A stretch of DNA of 64,000 nt from Antedon mediterranea (GCF_964355755.1 NC_092673.1:20333648-20397647), one strand, 5' to 3'; counted from the first letter of the stretch, positions 25,101-39,047 are shown. Numbers and translations are program-made. The notes: a model not told the origin generated them from the sequence alone.

Positions 25101-28100
25101 AGTCCGAAAGGGCCTATAGGGACATAAGAAAGGACGCAAGAGAACTTCTTGGGAGGCCTACCTTAGACGTCGTATTTCCAAATATACATTGTACAAACGT
25201 ACGTATCCATCATATTAGTCACTGTTCTTAAATGTATTACGCGATGGAGAGCGCATCTAAGCATTACAAACGTGGAGACTTATTGAGTTGATTGAAGCAG
25301 CCTACCACAAAAAACAACGCGGGCAGTGGTGTCTTGTACCGCACGTTGATCATTGCTATCAGTTTAGGTAAAATACCATCACGTGCACCGGCAAAGAAAA
25401 GTCTGTCAGAAAAAGAAAAGCATTTTCTACTTGTAAGATGACATTAAACTCCTCCATATGTTCTGGAATAACGGAATATTTACTATGAGACTATACAATG
25501 TTCAACCATGAGCAATACAACATTGACTTACCTGGAGGAGGTTAGAAGTGTCCCATTGATTGACCCTAACGTTGACAAGGCAACAGCTATCGGCATGATC
25601 AGAGCAAACTTTCCCAGCACTTTGATACCAAAAGTCTACGAAAGCATACACATTGTTATATAATTATACCATAATACTTGGCAAGAGTTTATACGAAATC
25701 GGAATGCAGGTTTCTTACCACAGCAACGGCATTTGACTGTATTAATTCTTCTGGTGTCAAAACTGCAAAATACGCTACATTTGCCAGTACGTAGATTCCT
25801 GTTACTATTGACACCGATATTATAATGGCACGTGGTAGATTTCTAGAAATAAAAACATTAGAAATTAAACATGTTACAACAATTTGATCCGATTGGTTTG
25901 GATAAAATTATTATTCGTATAATGTGCCGTTGAACGGGAATCAACCAAAACTATGGAATCGCGCAAGTGAAAATCACGTCATTACGTTCCTAGTCAAAAC
26001 TGTGGACACTTTCTAACGTAGTTTATATTAGTAGTGACCTACCTTGGAGCATCTTTAATTTCTTCTACAATGAAATTTAAACTGTACCATCCAGCGTACG
26101 AGAAGAGCCCAGAATAGAGAGCACCACCAAGTCCAATCAGATTGGTTCCTTCAAAAGCATTCTCAAAGTTTTGTGTGTTACCTAGAAACAAAGCAACATC
26201 TTTGTCTACTGTCTATAATTAAATTTACCGAATTCTAAATAATCTTCCAACTATTTTAATTAAGCTCCACCTCACCAATTTTGGCTAAAATAAGTCAAGC
26301 TTTGCTTCATTTAAAGATATATTGTCTGATTTTCTGTTTGTTGGATATGCCATTTTTATGTCACACAATAGTTATTCACTTTGAACAAAAATTGGATTAT
26401 AAAAAAAAATATTTACCATCAAAAATTGTAATATAAAGGAAAAAACAGTAAAATTGACTGGGTTTTTGGTTGATTTTAACCTTTTATTTTGTCATTTTAT
26501 AAGTAAAAAGTTAGGTTTTTCTACGAAAGTGATTAACTTTATTTAAACTACACAATGACATATTCAGTATCTGATTTTATTAATCTTTATATTTCATGCT
26601 TTTGGGGAAAATACATCTTTAACAATTTTTAAACCCCGCCTATACTTCAAAATATTGTACCACCACTAAAAAATTAACCATACATTCTCAATATTACTGT
26701 CGTAGTTATTTACCCGGTTAAGTTGGTTTCATGGTAACATTTATCGCTAACTTTGGTGGGTAGGAAACCAACCTATATCATCAGGGTAAATATTATCTAA
26801 GCCTATCTACAGTACGGTAGTCCATGTATCATTTAACTATGACCCCTTCACGTTTTGTTGAACGTCAACATGGATTCATAAACATTAAGCGATACCTTTT
26901 GCCATTTCTACAATTCCCATTATAATAATGAGAGCCAGAGCCGACACCTTGACGACGGTTAGTACATCTTGCACACGAGCGGCCAATCTAACACTACGGC
27001 AGTTAATATACGTCGTTAAAGCTGTAAAACAAAGTTCAATAAGAATAATTATGATCATATATTTTCCATCTACAATCACACACTTGCTTATGTCACAATT
27101 GATATTTAAAATACCAGAAAAAAACAAAAATTTAGGTCTACGTAAATCATTTTGTTTTACAACTTATTTTTGAAAAATAGACTACAGAATATTGTTGTTT
27201 ATTTATTATAAATTATGCTATTATTTTATCAATTATCATATTTTGATACAAAAAATACGTTGTTTAATTAGACTATAAATACTGTATATTATTCTTCATA
27301 CTGTTTTACAATGCCAAAAGAGATGTTAAAATATATTACCATTTATGTTATTATTGTTTACTAGGCCTATACAATCTAAACTGTTTTATAGGCTACAAGT
27401 TATACATATTTATAGCCCAATTATTGATATTTACAATCACAATAGAACTAGAAGTTCAATTATCATGTAGGCCTACCGATAACATTGTTTCGTACACAAT
27501 CTAAACTGTTTTATTACCCACATTTGTTCAACCTTTCTCTAGTCAGTTCTGGTCTAAACTAGCCGAGGCAGGGTCAAAGTTCTTTCGATTCAAAATTTAT
27601 CTAATACCAATATTTAATATAGTTGTTTGATTAACAAACATTAACGCTGTTAAGGTTTTCTTTCTTCACAAACCGAACAACATTAAATTAATGTTAGTAT
27701 GAATTTTAAGTTTAATCTGGAAAATTTGTTATCGTGCAATTAATATAAGTAGAAAGTGTATTTACGTTACACAGTATAAAGGTCGTTATTTGCAACTTGA
27801 TCATCAACGGCAAATTAATATTTTATACTAGCAAAGATAGGCTTATAGCCTTCTGTATCATCAGGTGAAACGCACGTACTGTTCGGAGTGAATGAGTACG
27901 GGGGGAGGCCGATAAAATGAATCTGATTCGCAAAAAGCTAAGTTTACATGAGATACTTACAAACACATATGATTGCCAGAATCTGTGTACACCCAGTGAG
28001 GTCAACATCAGTACAATTCATCGCCACCAGAGCTGGTTCCAGTATGTACTGTCCAAAAATGATACCAAGAGCAGCAAACGTGACTGGCAATAGAATGACA

Positions 28101-28483
28101 AGAGCCAACCAAACGTATAAAAACGCAATACATTCCCCGAAAGCTTCACGTATATACGCGTACATGCCACCAGATTTGGGAATCGCTAGTCCCAATTCGG
28201 CAAAACACAAGGCACCAAGCATTGAGAAAAAACCTGAAAATGTCCATATTATAAGAGACCCTCCTACCGACCCAATATTTAATATAACTCCTTTAGGGGA
28301 CACAAAAATACCGGAGCCGATGACACAACCAACGTTTATGGTGACTCCACTAAAAAGTCCAATTGTTGGTTCCAAACGCATCGAATCGTCATGATCTTTT
28401 TTCACTCTTGTACCGTTTGACGTCGGTAGCATTTTGTTCAGTGCGGCACCATCACCAATAGGTCTATACTCAGAAGATGCCAT
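19179..28483 (-). CDS. SLC7 L-type amino acid transporter light chain (LAT/y+LAT/b0,+AT-like), paralogue A. Exons 27961-28483, 26896-27021, 26043-26181, 25719-25842, 25532-25635, 25306-25402, 24817-24966, 19925-20102, 19179-19240
   Basis: Motifs [70 protein letters not shown] and LLYLRWKRP. There is a Cys in the TM3-TM4 loop. The frame is intact across GT-AG introns. Exact vertebrate orthology cannot be assigned. Confidence 0.95.
20359..24537. mobile_element. Academ DNA transposon derivative with ~1.6-1.8 kb inverted arms, in intron 7 of SLC7 paralogue A
   Basis: TAGACA...TGTCTA termini with a perfect GAT TSD (20356-20358, 24538-24540). Arm 20359-~21950 mirrors ~22725-24537. Each arm contains a ~70-bp minisatellite. 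Confidence 0.9.
21960..23070 (+). pseudogene. Frameshifted Academ transposase C-terminal half (XPG/PIN-like nuclease domain plus Cys-rich CXC domain)
   Basis: Motifs [67 protein letters not shown] and CGCKTRC...[16 protein letters not shown], with frameshifts and stops. Confidence 0.85.
26315..26618. mobile_element. Kolobok-like MITE (related pieces at about 7355, 29437, 34136-34518, 38255-38545 and 63510)
   Basis: TTAA|AGAT(A/G)TATTGTC...AATACATCT|TTAA: TTAA TSD, purine-purine termini and a body shared among the copies. Confidence 0.65.
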
Positions 28484-28633
28484 TTTTATGGTTGTTCTCA
28501 CCAGATGGTGGCTAGCATGTGGCTCCCACGAGTAGTAACAGCGACAACGAACAATGGCAAAGGTCTATTAACATACGTTGATAACCCGAAAGGTCGGTGG
28601 TTCAATATTTGTACAAGTTTAGGAGCTGAAAAC

Positions 28634-29004
28634 ATTATATAGGCGCGCCTACGTCCCCCGGATCATAAATATGTTGTAATACCTATTTATCATAAAAATA
28701 TGTTATTATTCTTATTGACCATTAGACTTTCCAAAATAGTTTCTTACAAAGTATTAACTGGAAATGCTCTTGCATGCAAACATATTGGAAAGCAGTTTAC
28801 TGTATTAATCATGTAAAATAAAGTTGATTAAAAGTAAAATATGACAAACAAAAGAACGTCTTCTTCGGTTTCTTTCTTTTGCAATATTCGTTAAAATTGT
28901 ATTCTGTACTATTGATTTCTCTATATAGCCACCACGGATTAAATGTATTCGATTCCTGCATAAAATGTACGCAATGATATACGCTGTAGGATATGATGAC
29001 GTCA
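28634..29004 (-). promoter_or_regulatory. Candidate promoter of SLC7 paralogue A: TATA box (28641-28634) and a full CRE palindrome TGACGTCA (28997-29004)
   Basis: The motifs lie about 150 and 520 bp upstream of the ATG. Function is inferred only. Confidence 0.4.
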
Positions 29005-29941
29005 CATGTAGGGGTCGACTTTGTAAAGGAAATGTTCGTTTGATTGACGTATGAATTAAGATTGTTATCTATTTAAGAAGTGATAACGGTATTTTACATA
29101 CAATTGGCCTACGTGTGTATATCTATATAATATATTTACATAGGGCAATATTTATTTAGCTACTTACTACACAATAACAATGACTTTATTGTCAAACCAC
29201 CTTGCTTGGTGTGTAACACGAGAAAAATGATAAAATGCGTTTACTATAGAGAGAGGAGATTAATTAATATTACTAAAATAACGCATTAATACAATAAATA
29301 CAAAATATAAAAATTTATAGTGTACCTGTATTTATTTATTTCACAATATGTACAAATAAAATGAAAAAAAAAAAAAGGATATTTTTATAGCATCATCTTT
29401 GATAATTTACATTTATAACAGTGATCAGAATATTTAAAGATGCATTGTCCCCAAAAACATGCAATTTAAACATTAATTTTAAAAAATCAGATTTTAAAAA
29501 GGCCATTTTGCAGTTTTAATAAAGTTATTCATGTCTGTAAAAATGTTGTTAGGGAGCCAATATATCTTTATCTTTATTCATCACAAACATCGTCTACTTT
29601 CTCAACCTTTTCTTTGCTTGTACTGTAAATCAGTGGATAATATCAGCACGGCTAACCATGCTGATTTCTATGTAAATTAGTCCCTTCAATCCGTAAGGTC
29701 ATGCTGATAGTCAATACGGTAGTTAGTATAGTGGCTATCGGCATGGTCAACAGTGTGTTTTTATTTGCATGGTGAACCAGGCATCTATAAAACTCGTTTT
29801 TAATGTTGACTGTGCTTTCAGAAAGCACTGTCAACAATGGTGAATAAATAGTAAATAACACGCACATTGACTGTGCCGATAGTTAGGTTGGTGTCTGAAT
29901 ATGTCCAGAGACACAGCATAAATTTAAAAGTAAAATGATTT

Positions 29942-32900
29942 TCAGGTGAACAAGTTACTTGATTTGAATACATCTTCTGCCGATTTGAACTTTAGTACTT
30001 CCTGTTCAAAAGCTTTCAACTGATGCAATGCTTCAATGTGAACTTTTTTGCGGCTTCTTACTACTTTCTTCTCATCAATCAGTTTCTTTGTTAAATAATG
30101 TAACCATAACACATTACTGTATGGGTTGAATTGATCCCATTTGTTACTGCAAAAAAAAAAAAATGATTAGCATCATCAAAAAACTATATAACGTAAATAT
30201 TTTATTAATTTTTCCACATGTAGATTTTAGGATACACATATGTTACTTACTTATTATGATCACGCATAAGTCTATAAATATCAAACTGATAATCGCCTTC
30301 CCCCTCAAAGATACTCTCATCAGTGGAAAGGTCGAAAAACAATGTACATTCATCTGTGAGAAATGAAAACATTGAATAAATAGTGTATGAGTACCAACAA
30401 ATGAGAACCTATTCAAGTTTGTATGTGAATGGACAGATTTTAAAAGGTAAAAAGAGGAAAAAAGGCATTTTTCTAGGGGCATATTAGTGGTGGGTGTACC
30501 TGATCTTTGTTTCATAAATACTGGATAGTATACAAATAATAGATGTTTATGAGTTGGATGGTGAGAATATTTCATGAGTTGAAAAATTGACTGCTCTATT
30601 TTTAACAAGGCACTAATACTAGCCGAGTTGAAAATAGCAGTCAAATTTATTTTATAATTTTTATATATTTATATTTTACAAATAAAAGCTAAATGTGAGA
30701 GCCGTTCATTATCAACATTATATCTTTTCCATGAGATAGGGCGAATTCAAAATGACATGTGATGCCTAATTAACCAATCAAATTGCATGAATATAATGGG
30801 TGGGTTATAATATGATATAGTAGAACCCCTCCTTTGGGGGGACACCTCTACTAGGATGGAACTTCCATGTGAAATGAACAAGGGGCAATTAATGTTTTAA
30901 CACTACGGTAATGTTTATTAAGGGAACACTTTTGTACAAGACAGATTTTGATAGTCAATTTATGATATTAAGAAGACAGTAGAGCTCTGACAGAAGACCA
31001 ATTTACATAGACGAGCGGTAACCTTAAACGCAAAACTGTGTAGTAACTGTATGTCCAATGTAGAATTGGTATCTATCAAGAGCGGAAACCACCTGTCCGC
31101 TTCATGTTGTGTGTAAAATGGTCATAAGGAATAACACAGCTTCTATATTAGTATTACCGTCACCGCTCATCTGTGTAAAAACGACATTTGAAATTGGCAG
31201 TTTTCTTTTACGCTGAAATTACTATGTATTCGAGAACCATCTGTGGGCACGACCTAGATGGTACGCTAGTAAAGCGAGCTTACCATCTAGTCTGTGTAAA
31301 TTGGTCTTAAAGGGACACCTATGCGACCCAACAAAGTGTTCCCTGAATAGGGGTGTCCCAAACGAGTGGTTATACTGTGATTGTCATTTCTTTACCTTTA
31401 TGTAACCTTGACAGTGTGAAATCTATGATGGACACATGAAGCCTGTGCCCGGGCAAAGTAGTATCCTGTTCATCATCCTCGAGTTTTTTTACAAGTACGT
31501 TTCCCCAGTGGAGATCACGATGCTCAAATTGTAACACTTTCTCGGCTACTGCAAGTGCCTCTATAGTTTGCTGCAGGACGCATTTCTTTTCTAATACATT
31601 CTGAAACTATAAAACGAAGCAAACTCTCATTAAGTTCCAAAGATTTATAAATGAATAAAAATTAGAAAAGAAGGATATAAGAGTTCATGCATATTCAATT
31701 ATAACTTTATTTTAATCTCTTTTGCTCATGGAAAATTAATTAATGTTGTTGAACGTTAGTGCAATAAAATTATAAGACCGACAATTAACTCTTATTATTA
31801 AAATCTTTGTGCAATAATAATACTAATCAATAATGACAATAAATGTAAAATTCTTAATGTAATTTAAAATTATTGTAATTCTAGTATACTCACTCATTTC
31901 AATAATTAATTAATTTTTATTCATAAAATGTATGAAAAAAACATTTTTTTTTAAATTTAGTTTGTTTATGTTGTTATGTTAATTTTTCTTGGATTTGGAG
32001 GGTCACTCCACAGCACTCCACTTGTGTTTATCATTTTTATTTATTACCGAAAGGAATAAAATTAAATGATACAGTACTATAAAGAGACCAAAAAAAAAAA
32101 AATATTGGGAGTTATAAAAAAATTGTTATTACAAATAGAGGGTGCTATACTATTTTTAAAAAACCACATCAAATTATAGAGGGCACTATTTACAATTTAA
32201 AGGCAGAGCCATTATATAAAGAGTTGCGAATTTGAATGGATTAGAAGCCATGTTTGTGTCCATTCATTCCTATGTAGCGAATGAAGTAGAGTATAACATT
32301 CAAAAGGCTTTAACTATCAAATTTAATATCAAAACAATCAATTTGTTTAAAAGGATTTTGTTAAAATTATAATAAAATTATAAAGTTACTGCGAACATGA
32401 TTTTAAACAACAAAAATAGCTTTTATCCATTGAATTTCGGAACGGCTCTGGCTGTGCGTTCCATGCGCGCTCTACGCGAGAATCCTGTAATTATCAGGAG
32501 AGTTGGGAGGTCTGTATAAAAAGCAACTGTTAGCGACTGATGTTACAATTTTCCTGTGTAATGTCTGTCAAAATGGTATTTTTTGTAGAATTTTGTCTGT
32601 ATTTGTCAAATCCTGAATTAGAATAGATATCTTTTATTGTACCTTTTATAAGTTTAAGTACACTCTCCATGAATTAGTTAACACTGCTGCCAATTTAAAG
32701 ATTAGATTAACTACTGTATTAGGTAAGGTTTTTCTTTTTGTTACTTTTATGCGTGTTTTTATATGTATATATTTTCATCCTGTAATTGGTGTATATTGGA
32801 TGTGAAATAATAAAATACAAAAAAAATAATACAAAAATACAAAGGTGTTTTTGCATATTATTTTTTCTTACCTTAAATGCTTCTAAATCACTGCCTCCAT

Positions 32901-35900
32901 TTGCAAACATAAAAACAATGAATAACTGCGAGTCCGTGTAAGAGTCTGGTCGATCATTTTCGGAACCCTTCTTTTCATCAAACGCATCCCATTCCCTAAG
33001 GAGCTCCGGAAGGAACTGACCACGGCAACAATGAACGCCTTTTACCTCAATAAAATGGTCAGTTTGGCCGTTGCTATTGAAATGGTCAGTTTGGCCGTTG
33101 CTATTGAAATGGTCAGTTTGGCCGTTGCTATTTTGTTCACGTAAGAAACTCAATTCTCTGTTGAAAAACAATTAGAACAAAATGGTAATCATTATTTATA
33201 CAATATTCAAAGATAATACTCTATTATTGGTCCACCATAAAATATGTTGGAAATTCATTTTCCAAATGGCGTACTCATACAAAAAGTATAGTCTATAAAA
33301 AAAAACATGTACATGAATAAGACAAATACAGTAGAACCATAACAGGACACCTTCGAGACCCAAACATATCTCTTTATTGTCAAAATGTAAAATAACAACA
33401 ATAATTACATTTTGCTCAACTTATTGGACGAAAACATCAAATTAAAAAGATTTCACTTGTCTGGATTTGGCCTTGTAAATAAAATATAAAGTAGTTTTAT
33501 ATTATTTACTGCTGTATTGCATAAAATAAGTAAATTGTGACCATGTTACATACTTTGAAATAACAATTTCAGGTAAAATTTCTTCAAATGTTTTCTGTTT
33601 CTCATCATTCACAATTAATTCACCTTCGATGGGAATAATCTGTAACAAAATAAAAACCAATTTTATTCACAAAGATTTAGAAATAAGACAATGTACAAGG
33701 GACCAGCATGCATACTGACAAAATGGGAGCACAAAGAAAACAGCGATAGTCCTATGTGAATAGATATATGCTGGTAACGATGCAGGCGCAATGCAGGTAT
33801 TTATACAGGCATCAGCCGGCATGTCTGATTGGGACAGTCTTTATGATGTTGGTTCAATTTTTTAAAAAAGCCAATACCTTAACTGCCAGCATTTCTCCAT
33901 TTCTTTCTATCGTGAAAACTTCACCATAAACCCCTTCACCTATTTTGCGACAGTTTGATAATTCCTTTTTTGTAAATAAACTTGAGAATGGGCGAGTTTC
34001 TGATTGGCCGCAGTGAAGAAGAACTTTCTCCATAAATGATACAATCTTGCCATCATTACTTCTAAATGGTGATAATGATTTCTGAAGGATTACATAAAAG
34101 ATACAGTAATAATAATAATACAAATACCAGAGTTTGAAGATGTATGCCTCAAAAAACATGAAAAAGGAAGATTAATAAAATCATACTTTAAATAGGCCAT
34201 ATTGCAGTTTTAATAAAGTTATTCACTTCTGTAAAAAATAATAATAATAATGTTTTTATGAGGGCCCCTTAATTGTCAGCATATGCTGTTTAGGGTCACC
34301 CTCACTAAATAAGGTTTAATAAATAAATAAATAAAAATGACAAAATAAATGGTCAAATTCAACCAAAACCCAATATGACTATTTTTTTTTCAGGTAAATA
34401 AATTTTTTTTTCTGATTCAATTTTTGGTCAATGTGGATAACTATTATGTGGTTAATTAAAATGGCATATTCAACCAAAAATGTTTAAAGAATTATATTTG
34501 TAGGGGATAATACATCTTGTATATCTGTATTACTACAGTAATTAAAAGCTGAATTGAATATGCTTACTACTGGACTTAAGTATCCAGGAATAAAACCACT
34601 GATGTTGTCAAAATCATTTTCATGGATGCTAGCATCACACTGTGACAGGCGCACTTTAGGGCTACTTGAAGTCGGAGTAACATCATCCAGTTTTAGTCTT
34701 GACAATAACACCTCACACGGGCTACATTGTTGAACCTCGTCCAGATTTAAAACTGGTAAATTCCTATGAAATATTGAAACACGTCTACCATTCTTTTTAA
34801 TGTTTTTCTTCTTAGAAGATATTTCTTTATCTTTCATTGGTTTTTGTCTTAATTTTTTGGCTGCCAACTTTTCTTTATGTTCTGCTTTTTCTTCTATTTT
34901 ACTACTTTCTGTTGTTTTGGTTTTTTTTCCAGCGTATACATTTTCTTTATCCTTTGCAGTTTCTTTATTATTTCTATCCACTGTCTTTGTGCTCTGGATT
35001 CTCGCACTTTTCTGAAGTAAATAAAAGATATTATCATTATTTTGCGTGTACCCAAAATGGGTGAAAACTATCAAAGTACAGTACTATCAAATATAGATAT
35101 TTCTATAGTAGATGTTGGAACCATGAACAAATATCCTGTTTTACGCTAAAAAAAAATAATTACAGACGTCTTCAATTGATAGACTTCATCGTGTTCCTTT
35201 TTTACAATAACCCTGTACTATTCAAAATGCATGTACATCGCCCAGTCCCAGAAGCAATATGCAGCTGGAAAATCAGTCTAGCATACTTGTTGTGGACAGC
35301 CTGTTCTGATTGCGGATTTTAATAGCATGACGGACATCTTTGGGGGGAAAAAAAAAAGGGCCTCATCCTTCCTTTTTTAAAAAGGCAGGACGGTAAAGAT
35401 GTTATTATCTTATTTTGCCTTAAACCTTATGTGTCCACATGTGTATTTATATGCAGTTATAAACATGATTCATTCATTGATCACCAGTTAAAAATGATTT
35501 CCAATATTTATATATAATTATATTATAAGCATTTTTCAGTATGGGAATTTGTTACGAATTAATTGATCACTTAATTATGGGTTAAATTAACGATTGAAAA
35601 TCTTGACTGAACCTTTCTTCCTCCTACCTTAAATGTATGTGTTTTCATTTTTGATTCAGGCGTCTCCGGGACCAGAACTGCACATGTTTGCCTACTTTCT
35701 TCCAACTCTGCCCAGAATAAATTTTGGAGTTCTTTAACCTCTTGAAGCGTATTTGATTCATCTTTCATAACAGAAACTTCGCTCTTATTTCTAAGTAAAC
35801 AAAGTTTGAAATTGTTAATAAATATTGTTTGAACATTTATCCTCCAGATTGAAGACGTTCAAAGAAGAATTTGTCAATTCATACTGTACAGCATGCATGC

Positions 35901-36359
35901 ATTTAAAGTAACCAGCTTTTCAGTGAATTAAACTGTATATTAATAAAAGTTATTTTAATTAAGCTAATATCTTTGCAGATTTTAGATTTGTAACTTTAAA
36001 TGTAAATCGGGGAATAACCTGCAACTTGCAGCCTACTGGGCTGAATTATGCACAGGTGTGGACGGCACACAACTTTCTACTCTCTAAGGGTCCCTTCATG
36101 TCAAGTGCTGCCACCAAACGCCACTCGTTCGTCTGTCCGCAACAACAGCAGGGGCAGAAAATATAATCACAATCATAACTAACCTTTCTTCTAATTGTGT
36201 AGAATCATTACTTTGGTCCGACTCCGAGAATGCATTTGTGGAGAAGTTTGATACTTTCGAAGCTTTTGGTTGTGGTGAAACCCACCAATTATCAGACACG
36301 ATAGTTTTCTGACTTTTCTTGCCATAAGTTTTTACAACTTTCTTTTTTTGTAGTGCCAT
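29942..36359 (-). CDS. HASPIN: Haspin serine/threonine kinase. Exons 36184-36359, 35628-35790, 34568-35011, 33878-34081, 33554-33639, 32872-33157, 31396-31606, 30251-30353, 29942-30146
   Basis: N-terminal KTYGKK motif, KIGEGVYGEVF, AVKIIPIEG, EEILPEIVIS, SENDRPD, FEHRDLHWGNVL, IIDFTLSRL, GEGDYQFDIYRLM and W..F.PYSNVLWLHYL are diagnostic of haspin. Confidence 0.95.
30528..30800. mobile_element. Dispersed repeat, possibly a Crypton-like non-autonomous element (inverted copy at about 40195-40657)
   Basis: ATACAAATAAT.GATGT.TATGAGTTGGATGGTGAGAAT.TTTCAT.AGTTGAA.AATTGACTGCTCTATTTTTAAC occurs in both copies. The superfamily is a guess. Confidence 0.5.
30817..31378. mobile_element. Tc1/mariner-pogo-type MITE carrying a nested Harbinger MITE
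   Basis: AGTAGAACCCCTC..GGGACACC left end and GGTGTCCC..GGTTATACTG right end. A family B MITE lies inside. Fragments also occur near 33328, 39735 and 59620. Confidence 0.5.
33052..33132 (-). repeat. In-frame 27-bp tandem triplication in a haspin coding exon (NSNGQTDHF x3)
   Basis: AAATGGTCAGTTTGGCCGTTGCTATT occurs three times at 27-bp spacing. Confidence 0.95.
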
Positions 36360-37145
36360 TTTTCACATCCATTAATGTTACATAGGCCAGGTACGGTAGG
36401 CTTACTATAATTTAATTTAGAAATTAGTATTATTATTTAGGGCCTAGGTAATTTTAAAACAAGTAAAATTAGTAATTTAGTATTATAAACTGTATAATAA
36501 TAGGCCCCTAGTAGTAGGCCTAGCCCTAGAAACTTTTTTAAATATGTATTAAATTATATGAGTCTGACAACTAATTAATAAACTAGGCCTAAGCAAAATT
36601 AGCATGCATTTTAGGCCTATATGCCTAGTTAGTACTAATTAGTAGAAGTAAAGTAGGCTAGCTAGTAGCATACTCATATATACTGTATCTATTAGGCCTA
36701 GGCCTATACTAAAAATAGGGGTTAATAGTAGAGGGCCTAAAACCCCCTAAAACAAAACGGAGTATTCTAGCCTATAGGCCTAGCTTCTACTCTACTAATA
36801 ACTAGGCCTAGCTAGCTAGGCTAGACTATGCTATATAGGCCTGGGCCTAGATAGGATAGGCATAGCTCCTAAGCCAGGCCAGGGATGCCTGTGTCGGGCG
36901 CGGCTCCCTAAATAGCTAGCTAGGCTAGCCTTAAAAAGAAGTAGCGCCAATAAGCCTAGTAGACTTAGATAGAGGCCTAGGCCTAGCCTAGATTTTTAGT
37001 AAAATAATAGTTAACGTACGCGTAGGCCTCTACTACCTAGCCTACATATTCGGTATGCATGCAAAACGATGCAATCCGCCGGTCGGCCTAGGTTGGCCTT
37101 TGAAACAACGATATAATGTGTATAAATAATTTTAAAACAACTCAC

Positions 37146-37290
37146 CAAAACACGAGTCCTTCAGCCTTTCAAATGTTTTTAAATACAATGTTGATTTTAA
37201 TCAACTTTCAATGCGGTTACCTGATTGGACAGATTGCTCTCTCTATAATAATGTCAGCATGGTCGATTGGTGGCAGCAACACCAATTTTT
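37146..37290 (-). promoter_or_regulatory. Candidate haspin promoter and non-coding exon 1 with a CHR element and CCAAT boxes
   Basis: Minus-strand CCAAT at 37270 and 37228, TTTGAA at 37173-37168, and a donor TTG|GTGAGT at 37146. Confidence 0.55.
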
Positions 37291-39047
37291 GTGTCCTTAC
37301 AGTTCATTTTTAGAATTGACATTTTTAAAATATAATACAGTAGTAATCGGGTAAAAATTTAAACAATTTATTATTTTAATAAAAATGTACGTAACCAATG
37401 TGAACAAAATGATAAAAACAAAGCAATATTTATGAAAGGTTAATATTTATTTAGTGCGAATATAAATAATTCAAAGATAAATACTAACTGAAATAAAATC
37501 ATGATATAAAGACTATATATAATTTATAGTGTATCTACACGATACAAGTGTATCTACATGTCCAAGATACAGTTAAATTTGTATGTCATTATTGGGCATA
37601 TAAGGCAGAATCCTATGTTTGAACATACACAATTATCATAACAGTTTGTTATAGTGATATTTGAAAAATTAATACCAACATTAATTTAAGTTTAAATTAA
37701 AATTAAAATAAATAAAAAATATGATTATATACAATCAATTATTCACCAAAATAAAAAATAAGAAAAACAAATATAAAAGTTTGGTTTAATTTGACCAATG
37801 TTTAATTAGATTAAATCTCTCCAGAAATAAGGCACTGTTTGTCACTTGATGTACAGATTGTGAGATGCTTATATAAACTACGCCTAACAAATGGAATCAT
37901 TCAATTATAAAAATGTAATTCTCAACCCCCTCACGAAAAAGTTCATTAATACAGCACTAAAGCCTGTCCACACACCTCAACCTCAAATCCAGTCTACAAA
38001 ATAAAAATCACCCTTAATTATCAATTTCCAGTCGCTGCCACCACCACCACCACCAGCTAAATGAATTCAAATATCACTCAATACCAAAGTACTACACATA
38101 CACATCTCTAGCCTATAAATAATATCATGGATTGGTTTAACTACTCTTTTAACTTAAATTCAATTTATTAAATTCTCATTGAGGCCTATGAAAGAGATTT
38201 CATCATGATTATATATTTAGGGGAAAAATCGAATTGTATAAAATACATTAAAGTTAATTTAAAAACATGAAAAATGAAGACTTTAGATATGTTATTAATT
38301 TTGTAGTTTTAATAAAGTTAATCACTTCCGTAGAAATAAAATAAAAACTTATAAAATGACAAGTAAATAGTTAAATCCAACCAAAAATCTATTGGCTGGC
38401 AGCCAATTTGACTATTTTTCGCTTTAAATTACAGTTTGTTCATGTAAATATTTTGTTTTCGATTCTATTTTTGGTCAATTATGTGACATTAAAATTACAT
38501 ATCCAACAAAAAAAAATTGTAAGAATTATTTTGTCAGGACAATTACGGTAAGGTAAATAGTTTCGTTTAATTGCGACTACCCAACAAAAATCCCTGCTCC
38601 TTTTGTACACTTAAATACAAGTCAAATGACTTTCTATGAATAAACTAAGTAGGGCCTATTTTGATTGTGTTATATTTGGTCACGTAAAGCTTCTATTGCA
38701 CAACACTCACTGCCACTAGAAACTATTTTTACTATTTTTTATTTGTGTATTGTATATTATACTTTCGGAAATACACCTAAGAATTCTTATACCCCTGTTT
38801 TTAAAGTTGCACGCAAGTGACATTTGGAACCGAGTTTGTTCATACAGGTATAAAAATATATAATTGTATACCTCTATTAATTATTGGAAAACTACCTTAA
38901 TATCTGAACATATTTTGTGATTTATAATATAATTGAAATATAGAATATGGAATAATCAATTATTTGGAATGTTAATAAAGTACAAAATAGTTAAATTCTT
39001 GACATACTAGTGCTAATAATTTAAAAACTGCTAATTAAATACAAGGT

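Noticed and set aside
27948-28394. 148-aa plus-strand ORF, and similar antisense ORFs at 34800-35064 and 59100-59318
   Set aside because: These are antisense shadows of real coding exons.
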